Origin: the human T2T-CHM13v2.0 reference genome, Homo sapiens
Strand: one strand, 5' to 3'
Length of the DNA stretch: 64,000 nt
Assembly: GCF_009914755.1 (NCBI RefSeq)
Contig: NC_060925.1
Shown: in pieces, positions 53,100-64,000 of the stretch
Layout: the number at the start of each line of letters is the position of its first letter
Position numbering within the stretch: the stretch's first letter is position 1
Made by a program: the position numbers and the translations under genes
The notes under the pieces: model-generated
What the model was told of the DNA's origin: nothing
Databases searched by the model: none
The model's input: the letters and a program-made list of their open reading frames with translations, nothing else

Positions 53100-53900
53100 A
53101 TGGCACCTCATGTAGAAGAGGCCCCCTTAACCACAGCATTTACCATGACCTCGGTAATGGGCATATTTAATGGGTGAATCTCCCTGTCATCATAAAGCCA
53201 GTCTCATGTGGCTTGCATATGAAGGATATCAGTTGCTTCATCTTGGGTGCTCCACTTGGCATTTACAGGTGGAGTTGGACAGTTCCCCTTTTCAGGGTAA
53301 ACAGACTTCACACTGGCTTGTATCCCGTCCATGAGGCTGACTGTTCCCTCAGGAATAACCTCCTGTATGTCTGGATCACAGATACCCACCTGCGATTGTT
53401 CAATAGTGAGCTGTGGGTCCTGCATCAACCCAAATATGCTCTACCTGTCTGCAGCACTTAAAACCAAAGATACTTCCTCAAAATTAATTGCTCTCATAAT
53501 CCACTTTAGTAAAGGTTCCTCAGGAAGGCAATGATGCTGATCTACATAATGGAACAATTCCCTCACACTGTAACCTCTTTTTTCAGTAGTTACTTGATCT
53601 TGCCCTTTCTTCACATTCACTACTTTCTTGGGAACTACAGTTCTCAGAGGTGCTTTCTGTTGTCCCTGCGTAATTCTGCTCTTAAGGGGCAGCTTTGAGG
53701 CTCAGGCTGACTGAAATCTCACCTTGGTGTAGCATTAAGACCTGACCCAGTAGTCTCTTTTAATTTCATTTTAGCTCTCACAGATAATAATAACCAAGGG
53801 ATTATTTTGATTTTTTCTTATTAGTTTGCATTTCTTTATGCATCCAATGAACCAACTCCTGGGGAATTGAATCCATCTCTAAATTCCACTGGTAAATTTT
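53100..53900 (-). pseudogene. gag-like remnant of MER21-int
   Basis: Position just 3' of PBS; ORF 53204-53428 (...SLMDGIQASVKSVYP...WSTQDEATDIL). Confidence 0.45.
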
Positions 53901-53984
53901 ACTTCTAGTAACTGATCTTAACACAGCTGTGGCTTCATACCATAGGTGACCAGGTTGCCACCCAGGAATCAAAAATTCCTCACC

Positions 53985-54615
53985 GGATGTGGAGAAATAG
54001 GAATGCTTTTACACTGTTGATGGGAGTGTAAATTAGTTCAACCATTGTGGAAGACAGTGTGGCGATTCCTCAAAGATCTAGAACTAGAAATACCATTTGA
54101 CCCAGTGATCCCATTACTGGGTATATACCCAAAGGATTATAAATCATACTGCTATAAAGACACACGCACACGTTTGTTTATTGCGGCACTATTCACAATA
54201 GCAAAGACTTGGAACCAACCCATATGTCCATCAATGATAGAATGGATTAAGAAAATGTGGCAAATATACACCATGGAATACTATGCAGCCATGAAAAGGA
54301 TGAGTTCATGTCCTTTGTAGGGACATGGATGAAGCTGGAAACCATCATTCTCAGCAAACTATCACAAGGACAGGAAACCAAACACCGCATTTTCTGACTC
54401 ATAGGTGGGAATTGAACAATAAAACTTGGACAGGGCAGGGAACATCACACACCGGGGCCTGTTGTGGGGTTGGGAGTAGGGGAGGCATAGCAATAGGAGA
54501 AATATCGAATGTAAATGCGAGTTGATGGGTGCAGCAAACCAACATGGCACATGTATACCTACATATCAAACCTGCACTTTGTGCACATGTATCCTGGAAC
54601 TTAAAGTATATTAAA
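53985..54615 (+). mobile_element. L1PA6/7-like 3' fragment
   Basis: ORF WKTVWRFLKDLELEIPFDP; perfect TSD aaaaattcctcacc (53971-53984 / 54616-54629). Confidence 0.92.
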
Positions 54616-54695
54616 AAAAAATTCCTCACCTTCCACCCTTTTGTCCTTTCTTTTCTCAAGCCACATGTTTCCGTGAACAAGGGCCTTTCCAGCAA

Positions 54696-54715
54696 ATCCC
54701 ACTTCTCTGACACCA
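54696..54715 (-). other. primer-binding site, tRNA-Leu type
   Basis: Minus strand TGGTGTCAGAGAAGTGGGAT versus tRNA-Leu(CAA) complement TGGTGTCAGAAGTGGGAT; 2 bp from the LTR end. Confidence 0.8.
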
Positions 54716-54760
54716 ATTGTTTAGGGAAAAACTATCTCCAACCATGTTTTTCTCTACTTT

Positions 54761-55479
54761 TGTAACTGCCCAATGAGTTCCCCTTACTTGCTGCCTAGAC
54801 AGAGCTGATTTATCAAGACAGGGGAATTGCAATAGAGAAAGAGTTTAATTCATGCAGACCTGGCTGTACGGGAGACCAGAGTTTTATTATTACTGAAATC
54901 AGCCTCCCAGAGACTTGGGGATAATTTGGTGGGTAGGAGATCAGCGAGTTGGAAGTGCTGATTGGTTGGGTCAGAGATGAAATCATAAGGAGTTGAAGCT
55001 GTCATCTTGTGCTGAGTCAGTTCCTGGGTGGGGGCCACAAGGCCAGATGAGACAGTTTATTTATCTGGGTGGTGTCAGCTGATCCATTGAGTGCAGTGTC
55101 GGCAAAATATCTCAAGCACTGGTGATGTTAGGTTTTACAATAGTGATGTTATCTCCAGGAATAATTTGGGGAGGTTGAGAATTTTGCAGCTTCCGGCTGT
55201 GTGACCCCTAACCATAACTTCTAATTGTGTGGCTAATTTGTAAGTCCCGTAAAGGCAGTCTAGTTCCCAGGCAGGAAGGGGTTTTGTTTTGGGAAATGAT
55301 TGTTATTATCTTTGTTTCAAAATTAAACTATAAACTAATTCCCTCCCGGAGTTAGTTTGGCCTACGGCCAGGGATGAACAAGGACAGCTTGGAGGTTAGA
55401 AGCAAGATGGAGTCGGTTAGGTCAGATCTCTTTCACTGTAATAATTCACTGAGTTATAATTTTTGCAAAGGTGGTTTCA
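54761..55479 (-). mobile_element. LTR8-family solo LTR (ERV1)
   Basis: Minus strand starts TGAAACCACCTTTGCAAAAATTATAAC; TSD cttt/ctct; AP-1 TGAGTCA at 55013-55019. Confidence 0.85.
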
Positions 55480-55901
55480 CTCTCATGCCACAACAATCAT
55501 CAACACAGAAGAAGACTTCTGTGACTAAATGTGTGTGGGTATTTCCCCCACACGCCAAGCAGTGAATATCAGTTGATACCAGTATTCTAATTCAGTTCTG
55601 ATACTATCTTTCAGTTCTGTTGCTATCTACCCTGAGATAGTGTCGGATCCCACAGGTTAAGGGTTCCCCAAGACAGCACGCCCCCAACACACACACTAGT
55701 CACAAATCTGGGCTTCTGGAATTTCTGACTGACTGTCTTCAAATTGGGGTCCTCATGACCCCCCTTTTTGATTCAATTAATTTGTTGAAGCAGCTCACAG
55801 AACTCAGGGAGACACTTACTTATGTTACTTGGTTTATTATAAAGGATATTGCAAAGGATACATATGAAGAGACACGTAAGGTGAGGTATGGGGTAAGAGG
55901 C

Positions 55902-56634
55902 TGTTACAGTAGGCAGCTACTCAGACATAAGCTGGGCAAGAGAGGTCCCCTTCCGCTCCAGTAGGACTGTCAGGCGACCACCAGGTGATGGTCAGGCAGT
56001 TGCTAAACTGTCTCTCTAAAATCATAATTGGCCACAGCCAGTGCCAGGAAAAGGCAGTCTCCCAATAGATAGAAACATCTGAAATTGGTGATTAGCAGCT
56101 TCTCGGTAAGATATCAGGAGTTGGGTGAGTGAGCTCAAGCCTGTGTACTAAGAGGCAAAATGGTGGGGTTTAACTGGTAAATGACCTTCTAGGACATTTG
56201 ACTGGTAAGGGAACATGTGCTTAACTCTAAACAGTAAACACAGAGCACGCGGCCCCTCCCAAGTGCTGGCAGGCTATGAATGCGGACAGCCCACCTCAAG
56301 AGAAGAATCCCGGGAGAAGAGATGCAGACCTCGGAAGCATGCCAATGTATAAAACCCCAGGTCAGAGGTCAAACCGCGTGCTTATCTCTCAACTAGACTG
56401 CTTGGCCCTCTTCCAAATGTACTTTACTTCCTTTCATTCCTGTGCTAAAGCTTTTTAATAAACTTTCACTTCTGTTGTAAAACTTGCCTGGGTCTCTCAC
56501 TCTGCCTTCCGCTCCTCCGTCAAATTCTTTCTTCTGAGGAGGCAAGAATTGAGGTCGCTGCTGACCCATAAGGATTCACTGCTGGTAACATACTTTGGTG
56601 CCGTGTGACTCAGATACATTCCCTAGTGCTAACA
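55902..56634 (+). mobile_element. MER50 LTR copy 2 (uninterrupted)
   Basis: TGTTACAGTAGG...GCTAACA; TATA-like tataaaa at about 56348; AATAAA at about 56457; TSD aggc/gggc. Confidence 0.85.
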
Positions 56635-57609
56635 GGGCAAAGAGCTTTTGTGCCCTCCCTGGGCGTGCCACCCCCCAGGAACCTCCACGTGTTCAGCTCC
56701 CAGGAAGCTCCCGTAACTATTTCTTGAGATCCTGCAGAACACAGTATCTAACTATAAGCTTAATATAGTCCAATAAATATATTGACTGATTTGTCATGTG
56801 TGCCTCTATCTCCCTTTACATTACCTTGAACTCTTGACTTCCTTTCATTTACTCAAGGTCATTCATCAGCTCCAGAGAGGATCTTTAGAGCACAGCTCTG
56901 AGAATAAGAGTGAAGTTCTTGGTTTGTGAATTGTGAAAATTTGGACTTGGGTGCTAGAGACCTTAGCCCTGCAGTGGGCAGAATTTAGGCCCTAAGTGAT
57001 AGATTTGGAAGAATATGCTGTGCATCAGAGGCAGTTTTCTGATATTCAGATAGGTAAAGATTCTATGGGATGAGAGAGAGAAAACAAATCAGGAGAGAAT
57101 CACAGGACATTGCCGATGTGTCTCTGAGACAGGTCCGACACTCCTCCCAGCCTCTTGGGGCTGAATCTTGATGAAGGAATAATGACGTATCCCCATATGG
57201 GTTTGGGGATCACAGCAGAGAAAGCTTGTGCCTTACTTCCTGGGTGAGATGGAAAGTTAATCATGTTTACAGTCTTGTACTGCAGGCTTAGTGTAGAAGT
57301 AGGAGAGATGGTGGCTTGTTGAGTTCTTTTGCACCATGTAGGAAGCAGCCAAAGGTTTTCTATGTCCTCAGGAGACACACAAAATGAGAGAAGAAGGTGG
57401 GAGGGAAGAGAAACAGAGAATATGTAGGGGTGTTCTTCCTGAAGTCACAGGAAAGAAGGCATCTCAGCAGATGCTAGTGTGGAGAGATGAGAACAACTTT
57501 CTACCCACTTCCTGCCCCAGCCCACAGCCTTGACATCCTGTAGGCTTCCCCTTCCCTATATTAAACCAATCTTGGAAAAAGGAGGAGAAAACTGTAATTG
57601 AATCGTATA

Positions 57610-57622
57610 TGCCACCTGGTGG
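57610..57622 (-). promoter_or_regulatory. candidate CTCF site
   Basis: Minus strand CCACCAGGTGGCA matches core CCASYAGRKGGCR. Confidence 0.5.
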
Positions 57623-57819
57623 GATGGGGGCTAAAAATAGAAATTCCGTCTTGGTGATAGTGATGTTATATTTCTTGCATACCCAAGCTTTATTCCTCTG
57701 ACATTTGTGAATATTCTTTCCCTCAAGCTCACCTCAAAGTCCTCATCTTTCAAGAAGCATTCTATTGCCTTTCCTCGGTATCACATAATTTCTGATTTAT
57801 TTCCTCCCTTGCACAGTGC

Positions 57820-57985
57820 CGCTGGACTAAGAGAAAGAACATGCAGATTCTAGTTTCAGCTCTCATTTGCTGAATGTCTGATGGAGAACAACTCACTATC
57901 TCTGGGTCTCCATTTGCTTTTATGTAAAACAGTATGTCAGAGGAGGTTGTGAGTTAAAGCTGAATAATGGATGAGGAAGTGTTTT
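57820..57985 (+). mobile_element. MIR
   Basis: ttctagtttcagctct...ctctgggtctccatttgcttttatgtaaaa...ggttgtgagttaaa. Confidence 0.6.
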
Positions 57986-58496
<511 letters not shown>

Positions 58497-59070
58497 TAAG
58501 TTAGCACAGACCACTTTATCCCTCAAAGAGGGAGAGAAAATAATTCCAAGAAGCTTCTTTGTTCTAAAACTTCATCTGCTCCTCCTAAAGACGATTCCTA
58601 TAAGGAGAACCTCCCAACAGCTGATCTCCAGCAGGATATTTTATGTCATCCATAGTTCTTGACCCATTAACCCTTCAGATGCCTTCTGTGTCAGGAATTC
58701 GGACAGCTTCATGCTCCCAGCTGCACACCTGCCAGGGCAGAACAAAACAAAACAGGTGTACAGCTGAGTCCCCTGGTGGCAGATACAGTTTCTTCTCTTT
58801 TTCAAAAGTTTTTAAGGTTGGCCTAAGGTAGCAGGACTGTAACATAATAACACACGCACTCATTTACTTGTCCTTTCAATTTCCATTTTGCCCCCGGAGA
58901 TTGCCCTGCAGGACTTAGCTAATGCCCAATTCATTACTTTAGCAAACATGAATTGAAAACCTATTATGTGCCAGCTGTGGGGGACAAAGGGATCTATGAG
59001 ATGTGGATCCAGCCCATGTGACCTTAGAACCTAAAGGGAGAGGTGACTAGCTAAGCTGTAAAATAAGTCC

Positions 59071-59529
<459 letters not shown>

Positions 59530-59599
59530 CTGGAAATATCAGACACAGACTATGAGACAACTATGATTACTACTCAGGAAGTAAGCATCAAGTATAAAA

Positions 59600-60440
59600 A
59601 TGGTGATAGATAACTGTACATTCTAAAGACTAATAGCACATATACAGTATGAATTCTAGACCTAATTTCAATAATTAAAGAACACAGTGAATGAGTGTAA
59701 TAGTAGATTAGATAGAACTGATGAGAAAATTAGTGCACTGGATGGTGTGGCAGAAGAAATTTGTTATGATGAAGTACAGAGAGGGCAATTTGTGAAAAAT
59801 ATTGAGGAATAGGTCATTGATATAGAGGACACAGTGAAAAGTTTAGCTGGATTTCAAGCAGGAAAGGAGAGAGAGAAAATGTGGCAGATAGAATATCTGA
59901 AGAACCAATGACAGAATTTTCTGCAACTGATGAAATACAAAGATTCAAAACCCCAACATGCTTATATTAAGCATGCGAAATAAAAAGAAACCCATACCTA
60001 GACATATCAGAGTGAAACTTCCAAAAATCAAGAGAAAAGAGAAACAAGTTTAACTTGTATTAGCAGGGAAAAAAAGACAACTTTCCTTTAAAACAACTGA
60101 GAACTGACCTCTCAACAGCATTGATAGAAGCTTGAAGATCCTAAAATAATGCCTTTAACACATTGAGATAGTAGCCAACTTAAAATTCTGTACCTAGTGA
60201 AAATGTCTTCGAATAATCATCTTGAAATAAAGAAAAACCGAGATAGTTTGCCATGAGTAGACCAACAGTAAAGGAAATACTTAAGAGTGTTCATTAAATA
60301 GAAGAAAAAAATCATAGAAAGCCAGAGATAAAGAGAAGAATAAAAATAATAAAAGAGCAAATATTTGGTAAATCTGAATTAATATTGGCTAAATAAAACA
60401 ACAATAAAATATCTCATAGGTTTAAAGTTTCATACTTATA
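59600..60440 (+). mobile_element. old L1M ORF1 region
   Basis: agtagattaga...gagaaaattagtgcactgga; catacctagacatatcagagtgaaact; agaccaacagtaaaggaaatact. Confidence 0.65.
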
Positions 60441-60444
60441 ATAT

Positions 60445-60597
60445 GGTCAGGTGCAGTGGCTCATGCCTGTAATCTCAATGCTTTGGCAGGCTTAGGTAGG
60501 AGGATTGCTTGAGCCCAGGAGGCTGCAGTGGGCTATGATCTCACCCCTACACTCCAGCCTGGGCAACAGAGTGAGACGCTGTCTCATAAAAAAAAAG
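60445..60597 (+). mobile_element. Alu monomer (FRAM-like or internally deleted AluJ)
   Basis: Alu 5' start joined to a right-arm end with A tail. Confidence 0.8.
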
Positions 60598-60611
60598 CCT
60601 GAAATCAAAAT

Positions 60612-60935
60612 GAATAAAATTAATTTAGAACAGGCATTCACTTTAAATGAAAAGATATGCCCCACAGTCTTGTGTAGATGCACTTTCTGCAGCTGCACAT
60701 GTTGAATCAATAGTTTCTAAGTCTTCTTAGTTACTTTTGAAATTGATGCTGATAATTCTTCAGCAGATTTGTGCCTTTTTATGTGTTCAGCAATATCACC
60801 ACAGCCTTCACAGTGCATGGTAAATGTTGAAAACTTTTTTTTTTGCAAGTTACACAATCATCATTAACTTTCTCAGAGATAGATATGGAGTAATTACTTT
60901 TTCATTAAACATGCAGTTCCATTCTTCTGAATGAA
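60612..60935 (-). pseudogene. hAT-superfamily transposase N-terminal remnant (Blackjack-like)
   Basis: Manual translation across frameshifts: CMFNEK...CVTCKK..FSTFTMHCEGCGDIAEHIKRHK...CAAAE...HIFSFKVNACSKLI (BED-type zinc finger, then AAE/SF motif). Confidence 0.65.
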
Positions 60936-62191
60936 TTGCTGCCAATAGTGTTTATTCTAAATTAAAGTGATGAAAAATAATAAAACAAATGGTTATACAC
61001 TTACCAATTACACAAACAATAGTGAAAAAACCCCTGTGGAAAGTGTGTTCCGATTACTTCGTCTGTGCTCAACGGCAGGACTTATCATCATCTGTTTCCA
61101 CACATACTTCACGTAGTCCTAACGTATAATTTCCCAGCTTTCCACTGACTTTGCTGATTGACATCCTGTGGCTTTATGCATATCACAGGCATAGGATATG
61201 GGTCAATTAGCTGGTGGACCAAATAGTCATCAAGGGCTTCAGCCTTCTTGTTTGAGTGAAGTTGTTTTATCTGTGAGCCCTTACAAGCTTTCCTGGAAAA
61301 GAAAGTGTTAGTTCTATTTTGTATGAGAAGGAATTGAAAAGAGATAATTAGAAAAAGAGAAAGGGATTAATGCTAGCTGTCTTTCAGCTTTAACTATGTG
61401 TTAAAGATTATAGCGGTTATTTCTCTAACACATAAGCTGAGACCATGACGGAAGCTGGGAGCACACAGTATACATTGGAGGTCTTCCAAATCCATTATGC
61501 ACCACGTGCTGTAGGTGTTTATTAGATATAGTTAAAAACATCAAATTAAAGAAGTTCCATTCCAATCTTTGTTTGTCTTCCTTCCCCCCCCACCAAAGAC
61601 TAATCATAGAAAATAAAGTGTGAATAACAATGATCAGGAATCAAAAATAGGATATTACTGCATACCTTGCAGTCTCAAAAAAGAGAATAATAAGATATTA
61701 TATTATGAATACCTTTGTGACAAAAATGTGAAAATTTGAATGAAAGGAACATGTTCCTAGAAAATGACAGTTTATTAAAATGGACATAAGAAATAGAAAA
61801 TGTGAAGTCATATAACTACTAAAAAAATTGAAAAGATAATTTAAAAACTTTCCATAGAGAAAATGTCATGTCTGGATGGATTAATTATTGTGTTCTCTTG
61901 CTTTTGGGATACAAATAATGCTAATCTTGCACAAAAGTCCAGAGAATCCAAAGATTAGTCTCCCCAATTCATTTTATGAGGCTATCATAAAATATTTGTT
62001 TAATAACGAATCTCAGGAAGGATATAAGAAAATTAAAGTATAGGTAAATGTCTCCTATAAACATGGATGAAAATATCCTAAACAAAATATTAGTAAATCT
62101 AATACAGCGGTACATAAAAGGGCTAATGTATTATGACAAAGTTGAATTTATACAAGGAACATGAGGTTGATATAGAAAATTAATGAAGTTT

Positions 62192-62505
62192 GGCCGTGTG
62201 TGGTGGCTCACAGCTGTAATCCTTGCACTTTGGGAGGCTGAGGTGGGTGGATCACTTGAGTCCAGGAGTTTGAGACCAGTCTGGGTGATATGGTGAAACC
62301 CCATCTCTACAAAAAATAACAAAATTAGCCGGATGTGGTGGTGCATGCCTGTAACCCAGCTACTTGGGAGGCTGAGGTGGGAGGATTTTGTGAGCCTGCA
62401 GAGGTTGAGGCTGCAGTGAGCCAAGATGCAACCATTGCACTCCAGCCTGGGTGGCAGAGCAAGACTGCCTCAAAAATAAAATAAATAATAAATAAATAAA
62501 TAAAA
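62192..62505 (+). mobile_element. AluJb-like
   Basis: gatcacttgagtccaggag; (TAAA)n tail. Confidence 0.92.
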
Positions 62506-62549
62506 TTCATTGCATTACAGGGTAAGAGTGAGGGAAACATCCTATCTTA

Positions 62550-62854
62550 TCTATTTATTTATTTATTTTGAGACGGGATCTTTCTCTATTGCCCAGACTG
62601 GAATGGAGTGATGCTATCATGGCTCACAGCAGCCTCAACATCCAGGGACTCAAGCGATCCTCCCACCTCAGCCTCCCGAGTAACTGGGATGACAGGCATG
62701 TACCACCATGCCTGCCTAATTTTTGTATTTTTGTAGAGATGGAGTTGATTCACCCTGTTGCCCAGGCTGGTCTTAAACTCTGGGACTCAAGCAATCTGCG
62801 TGCCACGGCCTCTCAAAGTGCTGATATTATAGGTGTGAGTCACCATGTTTAGCC
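62550..62854 (-). mobile_element. AluJ
   Basis: (TTTA)n tail; ctcaagcgatcctcccacc; TSD-like cctatctta / cctatttta. Confidence 0.9.
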
Positions 62855-63000
62855 CTATTTTAATTTTAGTGGATGAACAGAGATATTTGTTCAAATTCAG
62901 TATCTTTACTAAATTACGTAAAACTCAGCAAAATAAGAGTGAAGTGGAACTTCATTTATTTGATAAAAAGTAGTTAGCAAATATGTACGGCACATCATGG

Positions 63001-63316
<316 letters not shown>

Positions 63317-64000
63317 TAATGCTTAATTATTTTTAGTGCTGAAGCTTTGTTGAATTTTACTATGTACTTGAGGTCAAGATAGGTTACTCACTATGACTAC
63401 CTCTGTACGACATTCTTTTCTGGAGGTCTTATTCAATACAGTAAGGAAAAGAAAACAAACAACAACAAAACAAAGCCTATATAAATTTGAAACTTAAAAA
63501 ATGACATTTTTATTATGCTTGAATGACATAATATTGTATATAGAAAATTTAAGATGATCAACAGATCAATAATAAGAATAAAATAATTTAGCAATGTAGC
63601 TCTAAAAACCAACATGCAAAGGTAATTGTTTGCAAACCCTAGAAACAAACAGAAACTAAAGTTTAAATAAGACATTCGGTGCAACTGAATGAAAAAACAA
63701 ATACCTAGAAACAACTCTCTAGAGAAACTGTGCAACTTCATTAAAATAAATTTAAAGAGACAGAATAAATGGAGAAATACAAAATAGTCACGATTCTACA
63801 ACTTAAATTGGCCAAAATTTCACTATTTCTTAAATTGAACTATAGATTTCATTTAATTTCAATAAAATTTTAGTAAAAAATAAAAAAATTCTTGCAAATC
63901 CAATAGAAATACAGGCAGAAGGTTTCACAAATGAAGAAATAAAAATGAATCAAAATGATGGATGTACATTTAAAATGGTGTTCAAACTCACTGGGAATCA

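Larger units (their letters stand above)
54718..56712 (-). mobile_element. MER21 5' LTR (pieces 54718-54760, 55480-55901, 56635-56712)
   Basis: Ends ...CCCTAAACA before the PBS; homologous to 45612-45780; U3 start missing. Confidence 0.8.

Noticed and set aside
56880-57660. Possible ancient LTR
   Set aside because: Purine-rich and LTR-like, but I could not identify termini, TSD or family.

Overview
Primate, human-like genomic DNA: AT-rich, CpG-depleted, with no CpG island. The assignment rests on AluJ/AluS, L1PA/L1PB, MIR, L2, MaLR/ERVL/ERV1 LTRs and MER DNA transposons; no clear AluY is present. No intact protein-coding gene is supportable. Nearly all ORF-track entries are decayed L1 or ERV frames, Alu frames or microsatellite artefacts, so the window looks intergenic or deep-intronic. 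Main structures: (1) a full-length, TSD-flanked L1PB (13651-20749) with an MLT2A2 LTR in its 3' end; (2) a 20-27 kb block of MaLR/MLT2 (ERVL) LTRs, including an MLT2A1 with DUX4-like motifs; (3) a 4.6-kb antisense L1PA; (4) a near-complete minus-strand MER21 (ERVL-class) provirus (about 45.6-56.7 kb) with tRNA-Leu PBS and gag, RNase H, integrase and dUTPase remnants, holding about 12 nested insertions; (5) an old L1M interrupted by a hAT transposase remnant and an inverted Alu pair. The most unusual item is an AluJ that appears to carry a 3' transduction with its own AATAAA and a second poly(A) inside one TSD pair. Subfamily names come from recalled diagnostic motifs, not a database search. 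I found no evidence of a wholly new biological system; regulatory claims are hypotheses.
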